Shown: positions 13,398-27,664 of the stretch, piece by piece
How the letters are laid out: each line of letters starts with the position of its first letter
How positions within the stretch are numbered: position 1 is the first letter of the stretch
Source of the DNA: Octopus bimaculoides
Lineage: Eukaryota
Direction: 5' to 3'
NCBI RefSeq assembly: GCF_001194135.2
Contig: NC_068984.1
Coordinates: forward strand, 72,888,852 to 72,952,851
Length of the DNA stretch: 64,000 nucleotides
The notes under the pieces: generated by a model
Told to the model about the DNA's origin: nothing
The model's database searches: none
What the model saw: the letters and a program-made list of their open reading frames with translations, nothing else
Made by a program: the position numbers and the translations under genes

Positions 13398-16300
13398 CCT
13401 CTCTCTCTCTCTTCCTCTCTCTATTTGTCTCTGTATATACATACATACAAATATATGTGTGTGTGTGTATGTGTTTGAGTCATGTTATGAACAAACTAAT
13501 ACAGAGATTGACTGACTCATTATACTACAATTATACTATCTCAATCTCAAATATCAACATTTTTGTAATGCACAAGTAATAACTACTAGAGACCCAACAG
13601 CACCCGATTTAATAGTAACATTGAATATTGAATTAAAAAAATTATATATCACAATACGTGTACCATGTAGCAACTAACGTAATGAATACGATATTAAAAA
13701 AGTATGTGTCTTAGAGCAAAAGCTCCTTAATTTCGAAGAAAAATAATGTTTGATTCTATGTAGCAAAGAAGGTATTCGGCATTCGGGCTTTTCTTACTTC
13801 AGTCTGACTTTTGCATTGTCTATTACATTAGAAAACTCCCTGAAGCATTTCCTCAAGTATTCTAGTACTATAACCGTTGATTGGGCACCACTTTTATAAA
13901 CGTGTTTTATCTTACATATATGGCTTCGACTTGAAATAAAAAATAAATATATTTTATTTGTTGAGTAGGAATCTATATTGATAAACTCGTCACTTATGAC
14001 TCAATTATACGTATTATCACTATACATAAATACTAACGCAAGCTACATAAACGCCGTAGTGAAAACATATACATCAAGACGCTTAGATGGACATGTTGAA
14101 CGTGCATATATGTTTAAGATAAATCAGTTCGTGTTCTTTTTCACCGCAATTACAACAGTTTCATAGTTGTAGAAATAAATTTCATTAATAGGTTGAAAAA
14201 AGTGAACAAAGAGAAAATATTTACTGCATTAGTTTATTCATGTAAATCTAATATTTACAGTACATTTAGAAGTAAAGTAATTTATCGTAGAGAGTTACGA
14301 CATGAAATTTATACTAGCTAATTCTTTCATACTAAACTACTAGAGTTTATACAACAATTCAAATAATTCTTGTTGGATTTAAATAATACTAATGACACAA
14401 AAATAGCCAATATCTCAAAGGTGTGAATGTTGTGGAGATGAGTGACTACCAACAGACACTGATTAATATCCCCCAAATCAGGGCTTCTATAACTGCTCAT
14501 ACTTGATTTCTAAGAACCGTATTTAGTGAGAGATTTCTCTTTGACGAAAGTTTAGAATTCAAATACGGGCAGTAATTTTAACCAATGGGAAACCAAAAAT
14601 TATACTTGTTTGGGCAACATGACCATTCTGTCATATTACCGCCGTTTACGACTTGCTCACTACAGTACAGTATGTAACTTACTAGTTATGCTGGCAAAAC
14701 TAGATACCAATATCAATTAAAATCCGGCTTGAAATTACGGTCAACGCCATAGAGAAATGTACAGAATGTAAACAACACTAAATTCACTCCATGAGTTTGT
14801 TTCCACGGAGAACATTTCTTGAAATGCTCTTGTAATTTAATTTTCAATAAAGCTATTTCTTTGTCGTTTGGGCAAGTTTTTCCCTCGTTCATGTTCTATT
14901 TTCTTTATTTATTCTGTTTGACTCTTCTCAATGTGGACACTCATTGATCAGCTCTGATACATTTCTTCTTGTTCAGTTGGCTGTTAAGTATGTGAATGAT
15001 GAATACTCTTTTTGTATATGTTTATACGTTTGGAAGGGAATTCTTGTGTCATTATAATCATTTTAGTTCTTCCAACCTTTGCTTTTCGTTCTCATTTGAT
15101 GTATCGGTCTTTCTGTTTCTTGGTGATGGTTTCTTTACTATATTTACTATTTGCCGAGGTTTATTATGGTGTGTGGTCATCCCGTTGCGTATCCGTCTTC
15201 TCTTCGTATAGTGTTGTGCATTTCTGTGTGTTGGGTTGCGTTGTCATGTCTTCTGTTTGGAATGTGAGGCTGCATATATAGGTGAAGACCGCTGTTTGCT
15301 TTTCGTTGTATGTAGTCCTTAGGAATATTTTGGCTTCTAATTTTAGAACTTGTTAATAATGTACGTGTGTACACGTGCAAAGGTTCTCATATTCATATTT
15401 CTCACACCCATTTTATTTTTCCACAGGTTATGCATTTCTTTTTATCATTATCGTGTGTGTTGGAAAGAATGTTGACTTGTAATAAGAATATGACATGCAA
15501 TTTGGATTTCACTTTGGATGTTACCTGTATGAATCGAGTCTCTCTGTTCGGGGTTAACCTATTTCAGAAGATACTACTTTCCAGGTACGTATTACATTCC
15601 ATCTTTCGAATCGAGGGAGCAGTAAACTACTTAAATGATTATTTTTGCTATTGTTGCTGCTGTTGTTGTAACGGTTACTAAATAACATAACGGAATGGGA
15701 GATGACTAAACTTAATCATTCAATATTTCGTTTCATTGATGAATATTATGAAACTGAACCTTCCTTGAAACGATTTTACCTTGCAAATCAGAGATGAAAA
15801 TAAAATATACACTAACCATATTCAGTCAAATTCCACCAATAAAACATAACAGATCTGAGACAACCAAAGGAGAAATAAAGGAAAAATAAACCAGAATCAT
15901 ATGCGGACTTCTCAATTAACTTGCATGTCTATGCTGTGAACTGAATTCGATTGCGTTACTTATTTTTAAGTGAAGACTTCATAATGAGATTCTTGGACCT
16001 TTGCTTTCATTTCTAGTTTTGTTATTTGTTCTTTTTTTTATACATTGTGTAGTGTTATGTGAAATCTCATTGCTCTCTACATTGATTCAAGACTTTGCCG
16101 CTGTGTCCGTACACACTTTTGTTTTCTTGAATAAGATTGTCTTTTCCTAAGTGCTTTCCAATTCTGGAAGGTTGAAATTTGCTTCATCTCTCTGTAGCTA
16201 AAACGACAGTGTATGTAGAAGTTTTATATTCTTATGACTTTATGAAGATGAACATGGGCCTTAGTACTGATTTGGCATAAATTCAGTGAATTTTGGTGCT

Positions 16301-16854
16301 TACATTATCGACGGTCGCAATGTTTGTTTTATGCAGAAATAGTAATCGAATACACTGGTCGTTAATATTACCTCTTTAGTAGATCTTATTGTGAAACTCA
16401 TTTATTTCTTATAAGACTGCTGCTTTAAATTCTCATTAAATTCTCATTTATCACATTTGCCTTTTGTTGGTCTCAATCTCTTTATTTTTCTTATTTTCTA
16501 TTCTTCTTCAATTTGTATTGTTAATGATGCTGTTGCTCTTGTTCTTAATATTATTGTCCATGTTTTCTTTGCCGCTTTGTGTACTATAGTTACATCTGTT
16601 GTATATATTTCTTATGATTGTTCTTAGTGGTAGTTTTCTAGTTGATGTCATTCTCTGACATTTAGAATACAGTAAAGTCGGTAAGAGCGACATAGATACC
16701 ATGCAGTGTTCAGATATTTCCTACGACATTATGTTGTCAAATCCTGCGCTAGGAGCTCGTTTTATTTTGTTCTCTCTAGAATAATATACAAAATTATTCA
16801 TTTCGTTTACATTAATTAGCTTATTATCATTGTACATTATAATTACGAATGTTT

Positions 16855-17050
16855 AAGGTGGCTAGATGGCAGAATCGTTATCACACCGTGCAAAATTCTT
16901 AGCAGTATTTCATCCGTCTTTACATTCTGAGTTCATTTTCCGCCGAGATCGACTTTGCATTTCATCCTTTCGGGTTAGATAAAATAAGTACCAACTGAGC
17001 ACTGGGATCAACTGCATCGACGTACCCATTCAGCTAAATTGCTGGCCATA
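16855..17050 (+). mobile_element. SINE family A
   Basis: tggcagaatcgttatcacac..gagatcgactttgcatttcatcctttcggg..aaataagtacc. Confidence 0.8.
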
Positions 17051-18389
17051 ATTACGTATGTTTATATTCCATCAGACCCAACTTTACTTTAGGGTTTATA
17101 AAACCATGGAGTATGAATTACGAATTAAGCAACAGTTCTTCTTCTCAGAATAATTGCACGTCCTGTAGTTTGAATAATTGATTATTACCATTCTCTCTGT
17201 AAAACAAAGATGAAAGTTTCTGAAGAATTGTGTGTTAGTTGAGCAAGGTTTACTTTGTTTTCAAGCATATGTCATCGAAGTTCCGTTCGTTATTTCTCTC
17301 TGAAAAATTAATAATGACAACTTAACACTTGTCCCAAAATAAGAGATAGCTACATCTATATTTTAATTTAATGGTCTCATTAGGGTCTGTCTGAGTCGTA
17401 ATTGAGGTTGTTAAAACAATATCTGGATAATTTTTGGTTTTTAACAATAAAAACTCTTTTCTCCACTGGATTCCTAGTTAATATTTTCCCATATGTCTAA
17501 TTTAATATTGACTAATTAAATAATTTACAATCAAAAAAGATGTCTAATGTGTGGCAACATGAGTAATAGCTAATCTCAGTAATCTCTTCTCTTGAACAGG
17601 ATTGTTCCTAAATAGTTTATCAGTCGGGGAACTACTCCAGAAGATTGAGCAGAAGCCGTGAAGAACATTTTATATTGAATTTTTTAGCTTGAGTGGAATT
17701 TCGTTAATTTCAAATCATGTAGATCTCTTTTCATGTGACCGAGGTATTTTAAACTCCTGTTGCATTTCTGATATTTTCAATGTCTAAGGATTGCTTTAGA
17801 TCTGTATTAGTATTTCATCAAATGTAATTCTGAAGAACTGAAAAGGTAAACTAACCTTACTGAGCATTATTCATCTTTCTCCACATAAATTTGTCTTTTA
17901 TATGCTCAAAAGAAAGGAAATAATTTTATTAAATAGTACTCAAAATATTATAGCATTTTCAATGCATTTAGAGAATATCACTAATTAGCGAATACTGTAT
18001 TTGTAATATTACTCATTGTGCCCCACTTCCATAATTGAATTATTTTCACCATACCATGCAGCTTGTTCCTCAGTAGTCATTTATGATCAATGTATAGCAA
18101 TTTACTATTTCAAATACGGCCTGTTCTAGAAGAGAATTAGTGCATTTAATGTAGCACTTGTTCATTTCGTTCATGCTCGTACTTATCCTATCTCTAGTCA
18201 GCCGAACTTATGATCAAAGGTGTTCCTCTAACATAACTACTATGGCTACCCCGCTTGTTTAATTTTTGTATCAAGAGTAATATTAAATAATGTATCATTT
18301 GATTTTATAGGAGAAGGATGGCCGCCTCCTAATGACTGAAATAGGTTAGACAATATATCGTTGGATCTACCTCAGGAATTCGTTGAAAA

Positions 18390-18872
18390 TATAACAAATG
18401 ACAGAGACGGGAAATAGAGCGTTCGGAAAACTTTATTGCTCACAATGATTGTTCTGACTCACGCTGCATCGATCCCTTAAGGGTGGGAAATTGTACAACT
18501 GGTCGTTGTTTATTTATCGGTGCAGAGGTGTCTCGTCAGGTGATGTTATAAAGGTATCTTGTTAAATAAACCTTGTTTCACTTAGTTTTAATACAGCATG
18601 TTGTTAGTTCCAAACGGCTTAAGCCTACAATCACTAACAATAGGCTGTATGCAAACCGAGCGAAACAGGGATTATTTAACGAGATACCTTTATAACATCA
18701 CCTGACGAGACACTTCTGCACCGAGGAATTGAGCACAACCAGTTATGTTGTATCCCACTACGAGGTATCCCACCTCCGAGGGATCGATATCGATAAGGGA
18801 TGGGTCGAAACGATCGTTGAGAGCAATAAAGTTTCCCGTATATTCCATTTTCCGTCTCTGTCATTTGTTATA
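18390..18872. mobile_element. Foldback element: two divergent copies of a hammerhead-bearing repeat (family D)
   Basis: Perfect 21-bp terminal inverted match (18390-18410 / 18852-18872) and about 52-bp inner match (18518-18569 / 18672-18723) around a spacer of about 100 bp. Confidence 0.8.
18698..18822 (+). ncRNA. Type I hammerhead ribozyme motif, probably degenerate in this copy
   Basis: TCAC-CTGACGA-GAC..GTC-GAAA, palindromic ACGATCGT, U at the cleavage position, then GAGA (3/4 pairs with TCAC; the inverted copy has GTGA, 4/4). Confidence 0.65.
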
Positions 18873-19070
18873 CATATATATATATATATANNNNNNNNNN
18901 NNNNNNNNNNNNNNNNNNNNNNNNNNNNNNNNNNNNNNNNNNNNNNNNNNNNNNNNNNNNNNNNNNNNNNNNNNNNNNNNNNNNNNNNNNNNNNNNNNNN
19001 NNNNNNNNNNNNNNNNNNNNNNNNNNNNNNNNNNNNNNNNNNNNNNNNNNNNNNNNNNNNNNNNNNNNNN

Positions 19071-19101
<31 letters not shown>

Positions 19102-21180
19102 GTGTGTGTGTGCGTGTGTATGCGTGCGTATGTGTCTATGTGTGTATATGTGTATGCATCTGTGTGTGTATTTCAATGCATGCCCATGTAGATATTTATT
19201 TTCCAATTTCTGCGATCATCTATTTAAATATTTAATTCCATATTTCATCCATAAATCTCATTTGAAAATGTAAAATGCTATTTCATGTAATTCCATTGGA
19301 AAGTATGAATTCTTTTATTAGATGTGTTTCATTTTTAATGCTAAAGAAAAAGTGCTACAGGATATGAAGAAGGATGTGTGTGTAAATTAGAAATTAGCAG
19401 TCTCTAATATATGAATAATTAATTGTCTTTCTTCATAAATATTGAATACCTGACTAAAATGTAACTATACCTCACCATTTCGTTGATCTAGCAAACAATG
19501 TACCACAAAACCAATAAAATTTCGCTCTCTAATTTTAACCAGAGAGCCGTTAGAAAGCCGAATATAAAGAACTTGTTTTAATGCTTTCAGTTAAAAGTCA
19601 TACTTTATGACGAATGTCATCAGAAAGAAAAAAGAAAAAAAACATGACTTTAGAATTATGTGTGATAGACATACCTTATCAACAATATGAACGAATTTAG
19701 AAACTATTTCCAATAACCCGATAAAACCAATCTCTCTTACTCAAGACAACGAAAACGGAATAAATGTACAAATTTCGGTAGCCTGTTTAAAACAAATCGA
19801 TTCGTTTTACTAAGCAGCAGCAAAACACGGACAATAGCAGCTGCAAGAACAAGTGGTGAAACTCACCGCCTTTGACGTTTTGACACTCATACACACAAGG
19901 ACACATATAACACATGAATACACACATACACAATTACACACAAACACACGCACACACGGATACATACGCTCACATACAAAAACACACAGAAACACACAGA
20001 CAAACACAAATTGTAAATGTATGTGTGAATTTGTGTCTTATGAGTTACGTTAGCACAACATATACCATATATATTAGAACTTGATATATTACATCAAGTA
20101 AATCTCAGATAATAATAATATTTACCTGTTTAATGCACATCCATGCTGTGTTGCACATACTGCAGATTAGTCTGTAATGCATGGACAGAACAATATACTA
20201 TATCAGCGATGCTTCAAAATAAACATTTCTACAGCCATTTCATTAACCCCTATGTAACTCTTTCTAATTACGGAGTATTAGATTTCTATCATCAAAGATT
20301 TTTCAACTATGACAATTCAAGAAATACAAGATCCTTTATAAAAACATAGTAGTATATAAGATTTATCTGAACTATTTACACGGATGACTGTTCTTTAATA
20401 TCATCCTCATATACATTTACATATACATATATCACACACACACACACACACACACTCATACACACACGTATACACACACACACACGCACACACACACGCA
20501 CGCACACACACTACAAAGAAATAGACAGGCACAGACATATACAAGGGGTCGAATTTATTCTGTCATACTTGAATGAAAAGAAAACCTGCTTTTACGATAT
20601 ATATTTCGTATAGTTTCTTTATTATCACGTAATGATTTATGATACAAAATATTGTTTGATATTATCAGCCTGGAGAAAAATTCGATTTAAGATTTCGGTC
20701 CATCTCAAGGCTCAAACGTTTGCTGAAGGTCATTATATAACTTTTCATGAACATCGAATGGGAAAACGAAAATCTAATGTTAAATATAAATTTAAAACCT
20801 CCTCCAATCTCACATCTAAGGGAGAAACATTATAAATATTAATATTAATATGTGGTATATGGTCCTATAATTAAGATCACGGAGATCCTTCATTTTTGCC
20901 GTAATAATTGTTGGGGGATTTCCTTGCTTAGTTTGAAGTTAGTCCTAATGTAGGGCCTTTTTGCACCTCGATAATCTCATATACCGTTCAAAGGTATATG
21001 GAGAATAATAACAACCAAAGTATCCACAGACAAATTCTAAATCAGCACAGTAACCTGGGAAGTGTATTATTGCATTGTCACTTTATTTTTACAATAATAT
21101 TGCAGTGAATTTTATAAAGCTGTGCTATCTTCTTACAGCAGAGTCAACTGAGTAAATTGTAAAATCACTATTCATTTCAA

Positions 21181-21998
21181 ATATAGAGAACTACAGACAA
21201 CGCATCTATATGTACATGTGTGGGAAATTCTGTCTGTGGGTGTGTTTGTGGAGTTGTTAACTAACTCCTACTACTTCGTTTATCGATTTTGATGAGACTT
21301 GACACGTAAGTAGAACTCATGTCTCTAAACTTCATGATTGCTGAAAAAAATCGATAATAGGGCCTCTGTAAAGGAGCTTTATATATATATCTAATATATT
21401 TTATTTTGAAAGCCAAGGGAAATAACCCATTCACCCCGGAAGGGATGCTTATATATAGCCAAGGGAAATAACCCATTCATCTTCCTAAATTATTTGGTAA
21501 AAATACAAATTAAATATGCTTATTGTTTAGTATTTGAACTGTTACTGTTATTTTCGCGATTTATGCACTACAACCCCTAAACAAGCCAATAGCATTTTTC
21601 TAAACAATAGATCCACTTATTTCGGTTAGTGACTTATTCATGAATACACCAAACTAGCGTCGCTGAAAGCAATATTCTCTGGGAACGCGTAAAAGTCCTT
21701 TTCAGAGTTATTTATTTGAATTGTTTTTATCTCATATCTGATTAGCCTGTTATTACGTAACATGCTTCACGATTTTAGTATACATACCTTATCAATATTT
21801 CTTCCTATGTTCTATATACTCTGCGAACGCATTAAAGCCCTTTTCAGGGATACTTAATTTGAATTCTTAAATCAGGTAACTAATTTAATTGTTATTACAT
21901 AACTGATTTAACAATTTGGGTATTCAAATCTTATTGGGAATTCCTAAAAACAAGATCCTGTGTAAGACAGTTCGGTGTTCTCTGTAAATGCACAAAAG
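21181..21998 (+). repeat. Left arm of an approximately 800-bp inverted repeat
   Basis: Reverse-complement alignment with 23222-23988 along its length. Confidence 0.9.
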
Positions 21999-22513
21999 CG
22001 GTTTTAAGGGTTACATACTTTGTTGTTAATGGATTAATGAATCAATTATGAGAACGTAACCAAGGGATGTGCCCCACTTTCCTGGGAATTACCTGATACG
22101 TCAGCTAGTCTGTCATATAGAGCTAATACTTATTAACAGTTTGCATAATATCGAGTGATAAATAATAGAAGTAAACATAGCTGACATGTTGAAATTACAA
22201 TAAGTTATCTTAGACTAGACTCTATAGAATATTTATTCAACCAAATGTTTCTCTGCTACCAAACCAATTGAACAAGTAGTATCTAGTTATCTAAAGCTAT
22301 CGCAAAGCAGTTATATGAAAGTAAATAAACATACATACTCACGCGCAAACACACACTCACGAACACACACGCACACTCACATTCATACTCACACATATAC
22401 GTATGTCCGCATTTGTGTTGGGAAACACAAATTTATACATATAATTTAATTATCAGGATCCAAAATAATGTATACTAAAAGCACACATCAGTATGTTCAA
22501 CTTATTTATTTAC

Positions 22514-22914
22514 TGTGGCTGTGTGGCAAGTAGTTTGCTTACCAACCACATGGTACCAGGTTCAGTCCCACTGCTGGCACCTTGTACAAGTGTCTTCTAC
22601 TATAGCCTCGGGCCGACCAAACCCTTGTGAGTGAATTTGGCAGACGGAAACTGAAAGAAGCGTGTCGTATGTATGTATATGTATATATATGTGTGTGTGT
22701 GTATGTTTGTGTGTCTGTGTTTGTCCACCCAACACAGCTTGACAACCGATGGTGGTGTGTTTACGTCCCCGTAACTTAGCGGTTCGGCCAAAGAGACCGA
22801 TAGAATAGGTACTAGGGTTATAAAGAATAAGTCCTGGGGTCGATTTGCTCGACTAAAGGCGGTGCTCCAGCATGGCCACAGTCAAATGACTGAAACAAGT
22901 AAATGAGTAAGAGA

Positions 22915-22915
<1 letters not shown>
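22514..22915 (+). mobile_element. tRNA-derived SINE, family B (full length, internal microsatellite)
   Basis: Head with B-box-like ggttcagtccc, body aagtgtcttctactatagcc..gacggaaactgaaagaagc, 3' ctccagcatggcc..tgaaacaagtaaa; near-copy at 24258. Confidence 0.85.
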
Positions 22916-22956
<41 letters not shown>

Positions 22957-23221
22957 NNNNNNNNNNNNNNNNNNNNNNNNNNNNNNNNNNNNNNNNNNNN
23001 NNNNNNNNNNNNNNNNNNNNNNNNNNNNNNNNNNNNNNNNNNNNNNNNNNNNNNNNNNNNNNNNNNNNNNNNNNNNNNNNNNNNNNNNNNNNNNNNNNNN
23101 NNNNNNNNNNNNNNNNNNNNNNNNNNNNNNNNNNNNNNNNNNNNNNNNNNNNNNNNNNNNNNNNNNNNNNNNNNNNNNNNNNNNNNNNNNNNNNNNNNNN
23201 NNNNNNNNNNNNNNNNNNNNN

Positions 23222-23988
23222 GTTTTTGTGCATTTACAGAGAACAGCGAACTGCCTTACACGGGATCTTCGTTTTAGGAATTCCCATTAAATTTTGAATA
23301 CCCAAATTGTGAAATCAGTTATGTAATAACAATGAAATTAGTTACCTGATATTAAGAATTCAAATAAAGTAGCCCTGAAAAGGGCTTTAATGCGTTCGCA
23401 GAGTATATAGAACATAGGAAGAAATATTAATAAGGTATGTATACTAAAATCGTGAAGCATGTTACGTAATAACAGACTAATCAGATATTGAGATAATAAC
23501 AATTCATAGTAAGTAACTCTGAAAAAGACTTTTGTGCGTTCCCAGAGAATATAACCCCACGGCGCTAGTGTTGGTATATTCGTGAATAAGTCATTAACCG
23601 AAATAAATGGATATATTCTTTAGGAAAATACTATTGATTAATGGTTGTACGGGATAAATTACGAAAATAACTCTAATATTTCAAATACTAAGAAATAAGT
23701 ATACTCAATTTGATTTATAAGAAATGATTTAGGGAAATGAATGGGTTATGTCCCTTGGATGTTAAAATGAAATATATTAGATATATATAAGCATCCATTC
23801 CTGGCCCCTCTTATCGACTTTTTCAAGAATGTGAGTATGCCATCAGGTATCCAGACATAAGTTTTACCCACGTGTCAAGTTTCATCAAAATCGATAAAAC
23901 TATGTAGGAGGAGATAGTTAACAACTCCACAAACGCGCCCACAGACAGAATTTCTCACACATGCGTTGTCTGTAGTTCTCTCTATATA
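23222..23988 (-). repeat. Right arm of the approximately 800-bp inverted repeat (inner end cut by an N gap)
   Basis: See 21181-21998. Confidence 0.9.
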
Positions 23989-23998
23989 TTCTTCCTAC

Positions 23999-24114
<116 letters not shown>

Positions 24115-24257
24115 GCACACAAACACACCAACATATATACACACATATAAACATACAAACAGATATACACACATATATAAATGCTTTCGCATATTTGCTT
24201 TGTAAATTGGAATATCTCTATATACATATAATTCTATGTATGTTCGATTATATAGTA

Positions 24258-24654
24258 GGAGTGACTCTGTGGTAAGTAGCTTGCTTACCAGCCACATGGT
24301 TCCGGGTTCAGTCCCACTGCGTGGCACCTTGTGCAAGTGTCTTCTACTATAGCCTTGGGCCGACCAAATCCTTGTCAGTGGATTTGGTAGACGGAAACTG
24401 AAAGAAGCCCGTCGTATATATGTATATGTATATATATATGTGTTTGTTTGTCTGTGTTTGTCCCCCCACCAACATCTCTTGACAACCGATGGTGGTATGT
24501 TTACGTCACCCTAACCTAGCGGTTCGGCATAAGACACCGATAGAATAAGTACTAGACTTACAAAAATAAGTCCTGGGGTCGATTTGCTCGACTAAAGGTG
24601 GTGCACCAGTATGGCCGCAGTCAAATGACTGAAACAAGTAATAGAGTAAAAGAG
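24258..24654 (+). mobile_element. SINE family B
   Basis: Aligns with 22514-22915. Confidence 0.85.
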
Positions 24655-24731
<77 letters not shown>

Positions 24732-25026
24732 ATACATAGATAGATAGAGTGATAGGCAACATAGAGTTAGATATATACTCATACACACATATATGTGTAT
24801 GTATGTATATGTGTATGTATGTATATATGTGTATGCGCAAGAATGAAGTGAAAAATATTTTCGTGCAAGATGTGGGATATTTCTTGTGATAAGCAGACGA
24901 TAACTTTCTCATCGTACGCTATTTTGCTTGGTTTCCTACTCACGAGTGAGGCGATTTATTCACATTTCTTTGTTTATTGTATTATGTCAGAACACACTAA
25001 AAGAATTTTTATGTGGTCATAAGAAC

Positions 25027-25269
25027 TTAGAACCAGCGAGAACGGGAAATAAGTCTCTCTATGGACACTGAAGTCAAAACAAATGAAGCTGTAAATAACG
25101 GCGTGTAATAACAGCTGTAGCAGCTATAACAGATATAGAAAGTCGAACGAAAATAGACATAGAAATTCAAAACATTGCTTTGATCCAACTGTAGAATACC
25201 TGTCATGTATATAGATGTAGATTTGAGTTGCCCGCGCTGTGCCTCTTTTCCCAAGGACTTCCAACCCAT
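25027..25269 (-). pseudogene. Possible class A GPCR TM2-TM3 remnant
   Basis: 80-aa ORF with KSTSIYM....LD and C-x24-R spacing ending TASFVLTSVSIERLIS; no TM1, and a stop follows shortly. Confidence 0.2.
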
Positions 25270-27498
25270 TATTTACATACTGTTATTTCGAGATTTTATT
25301 TCCTGTAAAAATAGTGTTTTATATACAATTTTTTTAAATATAAAATTATTGACTTAAAACAATAATTTTTGTGTGTATCAATTTGTTTTATTGTTCCACT
25401 TGTGTTGGCATTTTAGTTTCTCCAGTGCAATTTCTACTGAATGTTGTGCCATCGGCTTTTCTTATAGCTTGTGCGCAAGTTAGATCAGTGTTTGACCTTA
25501 AGTTATTTCAATTTCTTTTTCTTGCAGAAACTTTGGCTTAAGAAATAGGAAGTCATATATGGGACACAAAAAAACACTTTCCTCTCCCGACCACTTTCTC
25601 ACTAACTTTAGATATGAATATGTTGATACTCATCAATATTATATATTTTCATATGAATAACCGCCGCTTAACCAAACTCAGTTTTGTCTTGTACTTTTGT
25701 CGGGGTAAGCATTTATCAGAGCTATCATTAATGACATTCAACTATATAACTATATACTTATCTATAACTTTGTATGACTGCAGTATTCACCTCATCATTT
25801 CCTTTGTTGAAATAAATGCGTGGTGAATTGCTGCGAAGCTTGAGATTTTGAATCAAGGATAACCTAAATTATTTTCATTCAATTGCCTCTCTATTTATCA
25901 TGTATTTGTGAGAGCATGCACCATGTGCCGTAATATACGTAGTGAGTATCCAGAAAAAAATCGAGGTTAAACACTTGTTGACTATATATAACATCAACAC
26001 TGTTACTGCCATTAGCTTACATGAAAATATCGGTTTTTATGCAATCAATATGTCAGGAAGAAGGGCAATATCTACACTACATCCAACCGTATAATGTCCT
26101 CTAATTGTATTAATACTTGGGGGTGCCTATATTGTAGAAAGCAGAAACAAACAGACTGTCGGACCTTGACCCCAGTTGAGCACTCAACGTGTGACAGCTG
26201 GGGAGAGTGAAAGTTGCACCAGCACCAGGCTGGTACTGATTAGACTGGATCAATGTAACTGAAGAACCTTACTCAAGAAGCAAATGCATATTTAGTCCAG
26301 ATATTGCACCAAGAAGTATATGATCATGAGAAAAACATACTATTCTTTAGGCCACTAATCTTGAAGGCCATCTAGTGACAGAAGCCAAATCTTCGTCAAA
26401 TCATAGTCGTTTTGAAAAAGAAAGATAATTTATGTAACTCTCTCTTAGCAGTATACCCGAAGGAAGTCAACACGTTCAGTATTGGGATGTATTAAATTTT
26501 GATTTACTCCGGGGGTTAAACGAAAACAATAGTCATAATATTTGAGACTCCTGTTACACATACAAGTCACTAGTAAGCGTGAGATATTGCTGAAATGATC
26601 TCAAATTTCACATCGGCAAATAAACTGAGTAAATGACACATGTAATATATTAGAAAACATGTCCAAATACACCTTAGGTTAAGTGTCCAGTGTCATATTT
26701 TAAGTCAAACCCGAATCCAAATTATCGGATATGTGCATGTACATGTGTGTGAGGCGTATCAATATCCATCACAAATGTATAACAAAAATGTTGTCAGTGG
26801 TGTGACACTGATTTTTGCTGTTTGTAATCTAACCTAACTTTGACTTATCTGATACATGATGTAATAGTAAATTCCTTTTGATTTTCAATCTAAGAAGCCA
26901 TAATCATGCTTCTTTTTTATGATGCGGAAACCTTATATTTGTATTAATATATCAGATACATATAGCAGTAAAGTGGAACCACTATTGATATGAGATTATG
27001 ATTAAAATCTGTTTTTGTATTTAATATATGGTACTCATGAAATTTGTAAAAAGAAAAATACTCCTTTATTCACTGGCGTTAGGAAAAATAATCTTTACAT
27101 CATGTCTTCTCCTAATTAATTATTACATTTACTGTTGATGTAAAGGCATATTCATACTACAGATGGTGTAGCGATGCGAGCTACAGTGCAAAGTGTAATG
27201 TCTTAATCACACCGAATCTCACTGCTATTAAATTGCATAAAAATGAAGCAGACTTCAAGTTTCCAGGCACATGTTAGTGGATTTGTTTTATATCACCATT
27301 GCAAGAAAGTAGCGTCGTTTGGTATAGGCAAACTATGGGTCAATCACTCAATCACACTTCACTATAGTTATGATGGCGATATGAACAAGGTAGATGGTTC
27401 ACTATAAATATTAGGGGAGGTTTCGATGAAAGGGCACCCGGGTTTTTGTTTTTTTATTGATGTTAACACGATGTTTCTTTGGCATATGCTCTCTCACA

Positions 27499-27545
<47 letters not shown>

Positions 27546-27585
27546 GGTGGAGGCAGTCTCTTGTTAGTCTGAGTTTCATTTGTAG

Positions 27586-27664
27586 GTTTCTTCAAGGTCT
27601 TCAGGCAAGTTGTCACAACTTGTCTCCACTCAAATGAGCTAACATTAATCTCTACTACACTACT
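27586..27664 (+). repeat. Donor copy of a 79-bp inverted duplication
   Basis: Reverse complement of 28358-28436 with one mismatch. Confidence 0.95.

Noticed and set aside
12667-13579. Long ORFs across N runs and CA/TA repeats (also 50250-50944, 58433-59039, 61860-62575 and others)
   Set aside because: Artefacts of stop-free microsatellites and gaps
16508-17760. LPTLLY and KYLG-like peptides on the minus strand suggesting an old LINE
   Set aside because: Motifs too short and scattered to call
19560-19627. CTGATGA..hairpin..GAAA on the minus strand
   Set aside because: Base of stem II does not pair and there is no stem III or cleavage triplet
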